From NCBI GenBank assembly GCA_965261085.1, contig OZ253442.1:864001-928000 (forward strand): a DNA stretch of 64,000 bases. Direction: 5' to 3'. This DNA comes from a bacterium. Lineage in GTDB: Bacteria > UBA8248. Under the pieces are notes generated by a model. It was not told the DNA's origin. It did not search any database and was given only the letters and a program-made list of their open reading frames with translations. Below, in pieces: positions 1 to 10,357 of this stretch. Numbering within the stretch: the first letter of the stretch is position 1; each line of letters begins with the position of its first letter. The position numbers and the translations under genes are program-made.

Positions 1-15
1 GAAGGCAGGGTATGT

Positions 16-105
16 GTAGGGGAGGACCGGCGTGTCCTCCCCTGTTTTTGTTTTTCACCTCTGTTCGTTTTGCCGATCGCGGGTGGGCACATATGCTCTC
101 CCCCT
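16..105. repeat. REP-like imperfect palindrome (GTAGGGG... family)
   Basis: tgtaggggaggaccggcgtgtcctcccc followed by a degenerate partner gggtgggcacatatgctctcccc. Confidence 0.35.
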
Positions 106-259
106 TCTCGGGTAAGAGCGACACCTCAACGGCGTTTTTTTCTTGGTCGGAAACCTTCCCTTATATGCGACGCTCCTCCGAAAAAACACTTGACAATCCT
201 GACCCCGCTCGTACTACTGATCCATAATTTTATAGCCCGGACTATCCAGGAGGCTCCCC

Positions 260-2788
260 ATGAGCACGATCCGCAAACGCACAGGTCACGCCATCCTTAT
301 GGCGTTTTTTCTCGCGATTTTCCTGGCAGGGGCGATAGAAGTCGCCGCCGAAGAGAAGGCTGTAAGCGCAGGCTCGTCGGTGGCCGGCCACATTCCCCGG
401 CCTGCGTCTGAAATTCCGCGCCCCGTCTCGGTGATCACGAGGCGCGACATCGAGCTCTCGGGCGCCCAGAACGTGCGGGACCTGCTACTCAGTCGTTTGG
501 ACTTCAACAGCTTCGGTCTCTACCGCCCGTTCGTCGCGGGAGGCGGCCGCCGCGTGATTCTCGTCAACGGTCGCCGCGTATCCTATTCGGGCTTCGACGC
601 CGAAGCGTTCCCCCTCTCGGCCGTGGAGCGAATCGAGATATTGAGCGACAGCGCCGTGGCCTTACACGGCGGACACGCCATTGGCGGGGCGATCAACATC
701 GTGCTCAGGCGCGATTTCAAGGGCGTTGAAGTCCAGGCCGGCGCGGCCCGTCCGAGGCAGGCGGGCGCCGATTCCGAACAAGGCGGCTTCGTATGGGGAG
801 GCGCGCTCGGGCGCGGACGCGCGGTAATCGGTCTCGACATCGTCCGGCGGGAGGAGATACGCGACGCCGACAGAGACTATTCGCGCGGTTCGTGGACGCC
901 GGGCGGCCCCTTCGCCGACTCGCGGGAAATATCTGTGGGCGGCAACACCGCCTTCATCACTCCTCCGGGCGGGAGCACGCTCGCGCGGCCTCTCGGCGAT
1001 TGTGAGGGAAGTAGCTACGTGGCCGGGCTCACCAATCCCATAGGCCATCCCGGCGTGGGCTGCGGTTTCGACTACACCGCCGTCAAATGGCATGACAATT
1101 GGGAACGTCTCGCCCGCGAGGGCTTGTTCCTGAGCGCCGAGCATCCACTCGGCGAGAGCGCGAAGCTATATCTCGACGCCCGCGCTGCGCAAAGTGAAAG
1201 CAAGTCGCTCTACGCTCCTTCGGTCGGCACTTTCCGCTTCTCCCCGACGCAGTCGCTCAGGGACAAGCTGCTTCAGGATCCCGAGATCGACGCCCTTCCC
1301 GATGAGATATCCGTGGCCCACCGCTTCGTCGCCCACGGCAACCGCGAATGGGTGACGGACGTCGATGAGCGCGGCTTGACGCTCGGCGTCCGGGGCAGGT
1401 TGGGCGAGGTCGGCTACGACGCGCATTTTCGCTACTACATGTACGATCTGACCGTGAACGGGAATACGTTCGTGAGCGGGAGCGCGATTGCGAGAGCGAT
1501 CGGCGACGGACGCTATAACGTAGAAAACCCGTTTTCGACCGAGCCGAATCATCTAGCGGCGATTCGGGAGAGCAGCCTCGCGCTTAAGCGTGAACAGGTC
1601 GCCGAGTACACGGCGGCGCGGGCCGCGTTCAACGGCAAGGCGTTTCCGCTCCCGGCCGGCAGCGTCCTGTGGGCGGCGGGCGCGGAAATCGCGTCTCAGG
1701 ACTGGAAAAACATCCACGATTATCGGGACGCGGACCACCGCTCCTACCCGGCGAGCGACGTGCTCGGTTCCGGCGGGAGTTCCTCAGAAGGCGAGCGGCG
1801 GACCGTCTCGGCCTTCGCGGAAGTCTCTCTGCCCCTGGTCAGGGATTGGGACGTCACCCTCGCCGGGCGGCATGATGATCACGACGACGTCGGCGCGACG
1901 TTTTCGGGCCAGGTTGCGAGCCGCTACCGGCTGAACAAAAACCTCGCGCTCCGTGCCTCCTGGGGGACAGGCGGCAGGCCGCCTGCACTGAGTACCCTGC
2001 ATTTGCGCGAATCGGTCGGGTACCCGAACGTGTGCGACGTGAGCACGCACACCGGCGACATCGCCGATTGCGACAAGACGCAGGTGGAGCGCTTGTCCAG
2101 CGGGAACCCCGATCTCGAGCCGGACGAAGCGGAGAGCCTCAGCATCGGTGCGGCGGCGAGCGTGGGGCTTTTTTCGTTAAGTCTGGACTGGTTCCAAATC
2201 AACATTTCCAATCAGCCTGCGGAACTGGCTGCGCAGACCATCCTGGACCTCGAGGCGAAAGGGCAGTTGCCCCCCGGAGTACGGGTGATCCGCGATGGAA
2301 ACCTCATCCAACGGATCGAGGGATCGTGGGGCAACACCGGGGAAAGCGACATCGAAGGGGTCGACCTGCGGGCGCGCCTCGACTGGAAGAGCGATTTGGG
2401 AGATATGGCTTTCGACCTGCGCTGGTCACGCGTAACCGAAGACGAAATCCGGGTGGCCGGCGAGAAGTCTCCATATACCTACCCGCGCGACCGCGTTCAC
2501 GGGTCGTTTCGCGTGAGCCGGGGCCGCGTGACCGCGAACTGGAGCGTGTACGGGGTTTCGGAGTATTGGAATACGGACAGGACCGCCCGCTACGGAGAAT
2601 GGGTGGGCCACGACGTGACGCTGAGTTGGCGCGAGGCGTTCGGTATGCGCGGGCTGGATCTCATCGGCGGGGTGTTGAACATCGCCGATCGCGGGCCCTC
2701 CATTGCCGATGAAGAACCGGACCTCACGTTCGCCTCCGCACAGGGGCGCACGCTGTTCTTAAACGCCAAATACACCTTCGGGCCTTGA
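260..2788 (+). CDS. TonB-dependent outer membrane receptor
   Basis: 842 aa; signal peptide, plug motifs (VSVITRRDIE, ILVNGRR, AVERIEIL..AIGGAINIV), NPDLEPDEA motif, C-terminal GRTLFLNAKYTF; RBS ggagg. Confidence 0.9.
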   Translation: MSTIRKRTGHAILMAFFLAIFLAGAIEVAAEEKAVSAGSSVAGHIPRPASEIPRPVSVITRRDIELSGAQNVRDLLLSRLDFNSFGLYRPFVAGGGRRVILVNGRRVSYSGFDAEAFPLSAVERIEILSDSAVALHGGHAIGGAINIVLRRDFKGVEVQAGAARPRQAGADSEQGGFVWGGALGRGRAVIGLDIVRREEIRDADRDYSRGSWTPGGPFADSREISVGGNTAFITPPGGSTLARPLGDCEGSSYVAGLTNPIGHPGVGCGFDYTAVKWHDNWERLAREGLFLSAEHPLGESAKLYLDARAAQSESKSLYAPSVGTFRFSPTQSLRDKLLQDPEIDALPDEISVAHRFVAHGNREWVTDVDERGLTLGVRGRLGEVGYDAHFRYYMYDLTVNGNTFVSGSAIARAIGDGRYNVENPFSTEPNHLAAIRESSLALKREQVAEYTAARAAFNGKAFPLPAGSVLWAAGAEIASQDWKNIHDYRDADHRSYPASDVLGSGGSSSEGERRTVSAFAEVSLPLVRDWDVTLAGRHDDHDDVGATFSGQVASRYRLNKNLALRASWGTGGRPPALSTLHLRESVGYPNVCDVSTHTGDIADCDKTQVERLSSGNPDLEPDEAESLSIGAAASVGLFSLSLDWFQINISNQPAELAAQTILDLEAKGQLPPGVRVIRDGNLIQRIEGSWGNTGESDIEGVDLRARLDWKSDLGDMAFDLRWSRVTEDEIRVAGEKSPYTYPRDRVHGSFRVSRGRVTANWSVYGVSEYWNTDRTARYGEWVGHDVTLSWREAFGMRGLDLIGGVLNIADRGPSIADEEPDLTFASAQGRTLFLNAKYTFGP

Positions 2789-3087
2789 GGGATTTGCAGG
2801 TTCCGCTGGCTCGCTTTCCCAGAATGTGGTTTTGGGGCGCCTCGCCTCGTATTCGCCGCAATGCCCGGTATCGGCGAGGCGCGCACAATTCCTCCTTCAT
2901 CAGTCGAAATTGACCCCGCATTTGCGGTAGTCGTCGATTGAGGCGCTCTGCTGGATTGCGGAGTCCCAAGGGCGCGATCCACCCTCTTCACCGGCATGAG
3001 AATAAATGAAAAATTCGATAAATTGACGACGTTTTTCGATAAATAAATGAAAATAAAATGCAGGGTGAATTTAGGTAAGTGTATTAT

Positions 3088-4080
3088 TTACAATGAGTTC
3101 ACAGGATACCTGGGCTTCTTTCCGCTCAAGACGCGGGCGATGTCCGCCCCCGCCCATGTGGCGATGGCTTCGAGGCACTCGTGCGTGGAGCCCGCCATGT
3201 GCGGCGTGAGAATGAGGTTGGGCGCACCGAAGATGGCGCTTTCTGGGTCGGGCGGTTCGCCTTCGAGCACGTCGAGGGCCGCCCCGCCGATTCGTCCACT
3301 CTTGAGCGCGCGCGCAAGCGCCGCTTCGTCCACCAGCGGGCCTCTCGCGGCGTTCACGAGAAACGCGCCTTTTTTCATTTTCGAGATCGCTTGCCTGTCG
3401 ATCAGGTGATGGGTTTTCGGCGTGAGCGGCGCGTGAAGTGTGATGAAATCGGCCCGGCCCAGGAGGGTGTCGTATCGCGTGGGCCTCGCACCGCGCGCCT
3501 TGATCTCCTCGCTCTTGAGGCCCGGGTCGTGGGCGAGGACCTTCATGCCCATCGCGAGCGCCATTTTCGTGAGCCGGCTCCCCACCTGCCCGATGCCGAT
3601 TAAGCCCAGCGTTTTCCCTTTGAGTTCCACTCCCGTGTGGCGCGCCTCGCCCCATACCCGTTCCGCGCCCACGCGGGAGGCCGCCTGGGGGATGCGTCTG
3701 GCTAAGGAGAGAATCAAGCCGAGAGTCAGTTCGGCCACGGCGTTCGCGTTCGCACCCGGCGTGTTGGTGACGAGTACGCCGCGTTGCGTGCAGGCCGCCA
3801 CGTCGACCTGATCCACGCCCGCGCCGTGTACGGCAACGACGCGCAGGTCCGGCAGCAGGTCGAGCAAAGAGGCGGCTATGTAGCCCGGACGCAGTAGAAT
3901 CCCTTCCGCGCCATTTAGTTTCTCGGCGAAGAGGACCTCTTCTTCTTCGGTCAGGGGTCTAAAGGGCAGCGCTACGGCGCGAACCGGCGCGACGCCGGCC
4001 AACGCCCTTTTCACGGGCTCCATGGCGACTGGAAAATCGGATGTGGAGGTGACGGCGGCCCACCGTTTTCTGAAAGGCAT
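3088..4080 (-). CDS. D-isomer-specific 2-hydroxyacid dehydrogenase (SerA-like)
   Basis: GKTLGLIGIGQVG Rossmann motif, NAARGPLVDE, LDVLEGEP, TPHMAG. Confidence 0.9.
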   Translation of the reverse strand: MPFRKRWAAVTSTSDFPVAMEPVKRALAGVAPVRAVALPFRPLTEEEEVLFAEKLNGAEGILLRPGYIAASLLDLLPDLRVVAVHGAGVDQVDVAACTQRGVLVTNTPGANANAVAELTLGLILSLARRIPQAASRVGAERVWGEARHTGVELKGKTLGLIGIGQVGSRLTKMALAMGMKVLAHDPGLKSEEIKARGARPTRYDTLLGRADFITLHAPLTPKTHHLIDRQAISKMKKGAFLVNAARGPLVDEAALARALKSGRIGGAALDVLEGEPPDPESAIFGAPNLILTPHMAGSTHECLEAIATWAGADIARVLSGKKPRYPVNSL

Positions 4081-4088
4081 CAGGCGAG

Positions 4089-5750
4089 CTACATGTCGAC
4101 GACGGAGAATTCGCCATCATAGTTGTATTCGGCTCTGGCCTTTTGAACGGAAAGCAGTCCCTCTTGCAAGTCGTGTTCGATGGAGTAGAAGGAGCGGTCC
4201 TTCGGATCGCCGTAACCCCCCCCGCTCGGCACTTCGAGCACGAGCCTGTCGCTTTGGTTCATCACCCATTGACGCTTGGGGTTGATGGGGCGTCCGTTCA
4301 GGGTCACCTTGCCGACGCGCCCGTTTTTCCCGCCGAACAACCCATAGGCGGGGTGCCGGGTTCGCTCGCTCATGAACGTGAGGAGGATAGGTCCGTCGGA
4401 CAGCGATTTCACGATGACCTGCTGGCCGTTTCCACCGGCGTATTTGCCCGCGCCGCCGCTGTCTCTGATGGACGCTTTTCTCTCCACCAGCAAGGGTACA
4501 AGATGCTCGAGGATTTCGATGGGTGTATTCGACGTGTTCGAAGGGAAATCGAGACATACGCGCCCATCGTGCCTGTCCGTCGCGCCTTGTCCTCCGTGCA
4601 GGAAGAAGTTGCCGGCGAAGTGCCTGTTTTCCTTTGTGATGCCTGCCGCGTTGATGGCCCACGTGGGGCTGCCGCTGGCCGCCTGCACGAGGTTGGGAAC
4701 CGCTTTGCACAGCGCGCCGAAAATGGCCGAGGGAATGAAGTGTCCCACCATGGAGCGGCCGTTCACGGGGGCCGGATAACGGGGATTCAGTATGCTGCCC
4801 TCGGGGGCCGATACCGTCACGGGCCGGAAGTTGCCCTCGTTGTTGGGAATCTGCGGACAGAACAGGCATTTGAGCGAATAGGCGGAATAGGAATAGACAT
4901 AGTTCAGAACGGCGTTCAGGCCGCGGTCGACCTGTGGGGATGAGCCCGTGTAATCCACCAGAATGCTGCTGCCGCGTACCTTGACCTCCACGCGGATGAC
5001 GAGCGGCTCATCGTACCCGTCGGTGGATACCTGAAAGCGGTATTCCCCGTCTTCCACTTTCTTGATGGCCTCGCGCATCGCGTTTTCAGAACGCTGGAAG
5101 ATTGTGGTGGCCGGTGCCTCGATGTCGGCGAGTTTGTACTCTTCGAGCATCTCGCCGATGCGCTGGGCGGCGAGTCTTCCGGCGGACATATGGGAGATCA
5201 TGTCTCCCTCCACCTGGTTCGGCACGCGCACGTTTTTTCTGATAATGCGCAGAATATCCTCGTTGATCTGGCCCGCCGACATGTACTTGCAGGGCGGGAG
5301 CTGGAGGCCTTCTTCGTAAATCTCGCGCACCTCGGGGGATCGCAGTTTTCCCCCCATGTCCGTTACCTGGGTGGTGATGCCGATGATGGCGACCAGCTTC
5401 GATTTGTAGAACACCGGTGTGAGAGAAGTGAGGTCTTGAAGATGACCGGTTCCCATCCACGGGTCGTTCGTGAGGATGAGGTCATCCGGCTTGAGGGTTT
5501 CCTGCGGGAATATCTGCAGAAGTTTTTTGGCTGTAATCGGCAATGCGCCCACGAAGCTGGGCATGGTGGACCTGGCCTGGGCGATGGACTGTCCGTTGGG
5601 ATTCAGTATGATGACGGCGAAATTTCTCGATTCGCGTATGGTCGTGGAAAAAGCGGTGCGGACAATCTCGGTGGCCGCTTCCTCGGCGATGGCGATGAAG
5701 CGGTTCCAGAGGACTTCCAAGGTAATTGAATCGATACCCTTGCGGGCCAT
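4089..5750 (-). CDS. hydantoinase B/oxoprolinase family protein
   Basis: RTAFSTTIRES, NDPWMGTGHLQD, DSGGAGKYAGG, SGGGYGDP motifs. Confidence 0.9.
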   Translation of the reverse strand: MARKGIDSITLEVLWNRFIAIAEEAATEIVRTAFSTTIRESRNFAVIILNPNGQSIAQARSTMPSFVGALPITAKKLLQIFPQETLKPDDLILTNDPWMGTGHLQDLTSLTPVFYKSKLVAIIGITTQVTDMGGKLRSPEVREIYEEGLQLPPCKYMSAGQINEDILRIIRKNVRVPNQVEGDMISHMSAGRLAAQRIGEMLEEYKLADIEAPATTIFQRSENAMREAIKKVEDGEYRFQVSTDGYDEPLVIRVEVKVRGSSILVDYTGSSPQVDRGLNAVLNYVYSYSAYSLKCLFCPQIPNNEGNFRPVTVSAPEGSILNPRYPAPVNGRSMVGHFIPSAIFGALCKAVPNLVQAASGSPTWAINAAGITKENRHFAGNFFLHGGQGATDRHDGRVCLDFPSNTSNTPIEILEHLVPLLVERKASIRDSGGAGKYAGGNGQQVIVKSLSDGPILLTFMSERTRHPAYGLFGGKNGRVGKVTLNGRPINPKRQWVMNQSDRLVLEVPSGGGYGDPKDRSFYSIEHDLQEGLLSVQKARAEYNYDGEFSVVDM

Positions 5751-5763
5751 ATTTGAATCTCTC

Positions 5764-7863
5764 CTAGAGTTCGATGATCAGGTTCTGGAATTTATCGACC
5801 TGGAAATTCGAGCGCGGCCCGATGACGGTCGTCGTCATTTTCTCTTCCACCAACGCCGGCCCCTTGAACTTCTGTCCCGGCTTCAACAGATAGCGGTCGA
5901 AGATATTTACCTTTCGGAAACCCTTGTTTTCCGGCATGTAGATGCGCCGGTTGCCCTTCAAGGCGTTTTTCACGTTTTTTTCGGGCAGATTCGAAAAATC
6001 AAAGCTCACGTTGGGTTCCGGCCCCATACCGAAGATTCGCCAACTGAACACCTGAAGCGGCACTTCGTCGATGGCGCGTCCATGAGCCGAGGCGTAGTGC
6101 TCGCGATAGGTTTCGCTGATTTCTCCAAAATGGTTCTGCGTCAGTTTTCCGCTCGGAATGGGAATGGTGAGCGGGAAGCCCTGACCCTCGAAGCTGATGT
6201 CCGCCATACGCTGAATCCGGATTTCGCGTTCTCTCACCCCTGCATCGGTGAGGACTTCGCGCAGCCGCTTTTCCCGAATGATGAGCGTGTCGTTGAGCTT
6301 GGTGAGGTTCACGTCTTCGAGCAGCATGACCTGGCTGTCCACGGTGTCCACCTTGAAGGGGACGGTGTGGAGACCCAGGCTGGAAGCCAATCCGGCGCCC
6401 GGCGGACAGACAATGCGCTTGAGCCCCACCTTGCGCGCAAGCCGGAAGGCGTGAACGGGGCCCGCGCCGCCGGTGGCCATGAGGGTGAAGTTGCGAGGGT
6501 CTTTTCCGCGCTCTGAGAGCTTGATGCGCGCGGCGGCGGCCATGGTTTCATTCACCAGTTCATGAATGCCCCAGGCCGCCTGGATCTCTTCGATCTTCAT
6601 CGGCGCGGCGATTTTGGTGCGTATGGCTTCGGATGCCGCCTCGAGGAAAATAGGCATCTCACCACCCAGGAAATAATCGGGATTGATGTAGCTGAGAAGC
6701 AGATTGGCATCGGTCACCGTAGGTTCTTCTCCGCCCAGTCCGTAGCAGGCGGGTCCGGGGGACGCCCCCTGGCTCTCGGGGCCGACCTTGAGCAATCCGA
6801 GATCATCGATTCGCGCGATGCTGCCTCCTCCGGCGCCGACTTCGATGAGATCGATGCACGGCACCTGGATGGGCATTCCACTGCCCTTGGTGAAGCGCTT
6901 GACGCGCGCAATCTCGAATTGAACGGACAGGTGGGGTTCGCCGTTTTCGATGATGCAGGATTTGGCGGTGGTGCCGCCCATGTCGAAGGCGATGAGATTT
7001 TCGAATCCACCCAGTTTCCCGAAATAGGCCGAGGAGAGTGCTCCCGCAGCGGGTCCTGATTCGAACATGCGTATGGGACTGCGTCCGGCGGATTGCGCCG
7101 TGGCGATGCCGCCGTTCGACAGCATGATGTAGAGCGAGACGTTTTCGAGGTTGACTTCCAGGTCTTCGAGATATTTCGAGACTATCGGCTGAATGTAGGC
7201 GTTGGCCACCGTGGTGGACGTTCTCTCGTATTCCCTGATCTCCGGACAAACCTGAGAGGAGAGGCTGAAACTCACTTCAGGGAACGATTGCGCTATCGCT
7301 TCGCCGACTTCGGTTTCATGGGCCGGATTGGCGTAGGAGTGCAAGAGGCAAACCGCTATGGATTCCGCCCCTTTTTCCACGAGTTCCTGAATCGTTACTT
7401 TCACTTCCTGGGTGCTCAGAGGCTGGAGAATCTCTCCGGACGCGGAAATCCTCTCCGTCAATTCACGACGGAAAGGTCCGGAAACCAGGGGTTCTGGAAA
7501 TTCAGGCACGATGTCGTAGATGTCATATCTTGATTCACGGCCCATCAAAAGGATGTCGGCGAATCCCTTCGTGGCGAGAAGACCCGTGGCCGCTCCTTTC
7601 TTCTCGATGATCGCGTTGGTGGCGAGGGTGGTCGCGTGAATCGCTTGGCCGAGATCGCGGAACCGCAGGCTTTCCTCATCGAGCAACGTCCGCAGACCTG
7701 CAAGCGCGCCGATGGAAGGGTCATTCGGCGTCGTGAGATATTTGCCCACCGAGGTCTTTCCGTTCGATGGGTTATAAATCGCAATATCGGTGAACGTGCC
7801 ACCTATATCAATAGCAGCGATAATTCGTTTTCTCGATGTGTAAGAGGATGCGGATTTGGCCAT
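5764..7863 (-). CDS. hydantoinase A/oxoprolinase family protein
   Basis: DIGGTFTD, HATTLATNA, ESGPAAG, DMGGTT, GAGGGSIA, PGPACYG motifs. Confidence 0.92.
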   Translation of the reverse strand: MAKSASSYTSRKRIIAAIDIGGTFTDIAIYNPSNGKTSVGKYLTTPNDPSIGALAGLRTLLDEESLRFRDLGQAIHATTLATNAIIEKKGAATGLLATKGFADILLMGRESRYDIYDIVPEFPEPLVSGPFRRELTERISASGEILQPLSTQEVKVTIQELVEKGAESIAVCLLHSYANPAHETEVGEAIAQSFPEVSFSLSSQVCPEIREYERTSTTVANAYIQPIVSKYLEDLEVNLENVSLYIMLSNGGIATAQSAGRSPIRMFESGPAAGALSSAYFGKLGGFENLIAFDMGGTTAKSCIIENGEPHLSVQFEIARVKRFTKGSGMPIQVPCIDLIEVGAGGGSIARIDDLGLLKVGPESQGASPGPACYGLGGEEPTVTDANLLLSYINPDYFLGGEMPIFLEAASEAIRTKIAAPMKIEEIQAAWGIHELVNETMAAAARIKLSERGKDPRNFTLMATGGAGPVHAFRLARKVGLKRIVCPPGAGLASSLGLHTVPFKVDTVDSQVMLLEDVNLTKLNDTLIIREKRLREVLTDAGVREREIRIQRMADISFEGQGFPLTIPIPSGKLTQNHFGEISETYREHYASAHGRAIDEVPLQVFSWRIFGMGPEPNVSFDFSNLPEKNVKNALKGNRRIYMPENKGFRKVNIFDRYLLKPGQKFKGPALVEEKMTTTVIGPRSNFQVDKFQNLIIEL

Positions 7864-8282
7864 TTCTAAGTTGTGGAAAAGCCTCTTGTAGTGGGGATGA
7901 AAAGATTAATGCGGCACCGTGTAATTAAGGGTGATCGCATGCAACTCAAATTCTACAAGTAGACATAAGTATATGAAAACAGACGCTTTGTCAATTCTTG
8001 GCCGGACGAATCTGATTTAGGATATTGAAATATAACGACTTATTTGATTTTATGAAACAAGATACAATAATATAAATTATGAAACTTAATGAGGAAATGA
8101 TGTTAACTCATTGATCTGTTTACCGTTATGAAACCATGATCCCCCGTTTCGCTTCAAATGGTCGAATCTGCAGGAGCGAAACAAGTTGCAACCCTCGATA
8201 AAAAGTAATTGTTTGCATATAAAAGCCGAATGTCCATACGATAGGATACGTGTTTTCTCAAACCAGAGTGAGGCCCGATGTA

Positions 8283-9296
8283 ATGGCGGGAATTAAAAGC
8301 GAATCGCCTGTTCGTTATGCCCTGGTGGATTGCGATCCTGGCGTGGATGACGCGCTGGCCCTGGCGATGGGCTTCGCATCGCCCTTTTTCCGGTACGACG
8401 CCGTGACGACCGTGCACGGCAATGTTTCCGCACGTCTGGCCTACAGGAACGCGAGAAGACTCACTGCATTCCTGCGGGATCATCTCGAATCCCCCATTCC
8501 GGATGCTCCCGTCTACCGGGGCGCTTCACTGGCCCTGGACGGAAGCCGCCTGAACCGGAGCGAATCGCGCATGATTCACGGGCCGGAAGGCATGGGAGCG
8601 ATGTTCAAAAACAAAAAGCGGTTGCGCCGCCTGGGCGGAGGAAGTTCGAAACCGGCTTGGGAGGTGATCATCGAGCAAGCCGCGGAGCGAGGTTCGGCGT
8701 TGACGATCATCATGCTGGGGCCGCTGACGAATCTGGCCCTGGCGCTTCGGCGCGCGCCCGGGGCCTTGGCTCGCGTGAGGCGGATTGTGGTCATGGGGGG
8801 AGCCGCCCGGATGCCGGGGAACGTGACGCCTGCGGCCGAATTCAATATCTATTGCGATCCCCAGGCGGCGGCCCAAGTGTTCTCATCGGGCTTGCCCGTC
8901 ACGATGGTGGGTCTGGACGTGACGAGACGCGCGCTCCTTGGCGTCGATGAATTCGAGGGTGGCGGTTCCTTCCGCGCGGCCCTTGGAGATCTCATTAAAG
9001 TCTATGCGCGATTCTCCCAAAAGCGGAGGGGGGCCGACGACATCACCCTGCACGATCCCCTGGCTCTCGCCGTCGCTATGAAGCCGGATTTGGTGGAGAC
9101 CAAAAGCTGTCATGTGGATGTGGATACGAGCAAGGGCATCGCGCGCGGAATGACGGTGGTGGATTTGCGGGAAAACAGGGGGGCGCGGGTCAAAAACCCA
9201 GTCGATGTAGCGCTGGACGTGGATGTAAAGAGATTTCTGGCGTTTTTTATCTCACATCTGCGCAAATATCGTGGATGGGATGAGGATGAGGAATAA
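8283..9296 (+). CDS. inosine/uridine-preferring nucleoside hydrolase
   Basis: DCDPGVDDALA, GPLTNLA, GNVTPAAEFNIYCDP, LHDP motifs; start uncertain. Confidence 0.9.
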   Translation: MAGIKSESPVRYALVDCDPGVDDALALAMGFASPFFRYDAVTTVHGNVSARLAYRNARRLTAFLRDHLESPIPDAPVYRGASLALDGSRLNRSESRMIHGPEGMGAMFKNKKRLRRLGGGSSKPAWEVIIEQAAERGSALTIIMLGPLTNLALALRRAPGALARVRRIVVMGGAARMPGNVTPAAEFNIYCDPQAAAQVFSSGLPVTMVGLDVTRRALLGVDEFEGGGSFRAALGDLIKVYARFSQKRRGADDITLHDPLALAVAMKPDLVETKSCHVDVDTSKGIARGMTVVDLRENRGARVKNPVDVALDVDVKRFLAFFISHLRKYRGWDEDEE

Positions 9297-10260
9297 AAAG
9301 AACACCGTTTTGGTGTTGGGAAGTTCGAACATCGATATCGTCGTTCGCGTGGATAAACTTCCCTCCGCAGGGGAGACCGTCCTGGGAGAAGAGCGGCGTG
9401 AGTATTGGGGCGGGAAAGGGGCGAATCAGGCCCTGGCGGCCGTCCGCTCCGGGGCGGAGGTTCGTTTCGTCACCATGCTGGGAAACGACGCGGGCGGCGA
9501 CGCTTATGGCCGTTATCTGGTGGAAAGCGGGGTATCGCCCGACGGGATATTGCGCTCCAAGGCGAGCACGGGCGCTGCGCTGATAGTGGTGGACAAGAAA
9601 GGCGAGAACCAAATCGCCGTGGCCCCCGGCGCGAATGAGCTCCTCACGCCCGGGCGGATAAGAAGAAAAGCGGGACTTCTGGACTTTGGCGATGTCGTTC
9701 TGGCGCAGCTCGAGGTTCCGGTTCCATCAGTCGTGGCCGCGTTCGAAAGAGGAAGAAAGCGCGGCGCCTGCAACATCCTGAACCCGGCGCCGATCGCGGG
9801 AGAGTTGCCGCGTGAAGTGATTCGATTGGCCGACGTGCTGGCGCCGAACGAAACCGAGGCGGCGCATCTGGCCGAACTTGCGAAACCACCCGAAACCGAT
9901 GAGGAGTTCCTGCGCACGGCACGCGCCCTGCGGGCTCTGGGGCCTTCGCGGGTCGTTATCACCGCGGGCGCAAAAGGGGCTTTTCTCCTGGATGAAAAAC
10001 AAGCCTGCTGGCTCAGGCCTCCCGCCGGGATTGAGGTGGTGGATACCACGGGCGCGGGCGATGCTTTTTGCGGCGCGCTGGCGGCGAGATTCGCAGAAGG
10101 CGCAGGATTCGAGGATGCGGTTCGCTTCGCCGTCAGCGCCGGTTCGTGTTCGGTGAAAAGATATGGCGCGCAAACAGGTTTGCCTTCCCGTCGGCAAATT
10201 ATGAAAAACCAAAGGCAAGTGCGTCAAAAACAGATTCGGTTGGTTGACTTCAATCCATAA
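9280..10260 (+). CDS. rbsK: ribokinase
   Basis: GSSNID, GGKGANQA, PNETEA, DTTGAGDAF PfkB signatures; coupled to the nucleoside hydrolase. Confidence 0.88.
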   Translation: MRMRNKKNTVLVLGSSNIDIVVRVDKLPSAGETVLGEERREYWGGKGANQALAAVRSGAEVRFVTMLGNDAGGDAYGRYLVESGVSPDGILRSKASTGAALIVVDKKGENQIAVAPGANELLTPGRIRRKAGLLDFGDVVLAQLEVPVPSVVAAFERGRKRGACNILNPAPIAGELPREVIRLADVLAPNETEAAHLAELAKPPETDEEFLRTARALRALGPSRVVITAGAKGAFLLDEKQACWLRPPAGIEVVDTTGAGDAFCGALAARFAEGAGFEDAVRFAVSAGSCSVKRYGAQTGLPSRRQIMKNQRQVRQKQIRLVDFNP

Positions 10261-10357
10261 CCCGCTTAGGGTAAACGCGATAGTTGTTGGGTGGTCGAAA
10301 TTTCTTTCCCATGTCGCCTCTTAAAGTCATGATGCGTCGCCAAAAGGAGAAACACTC

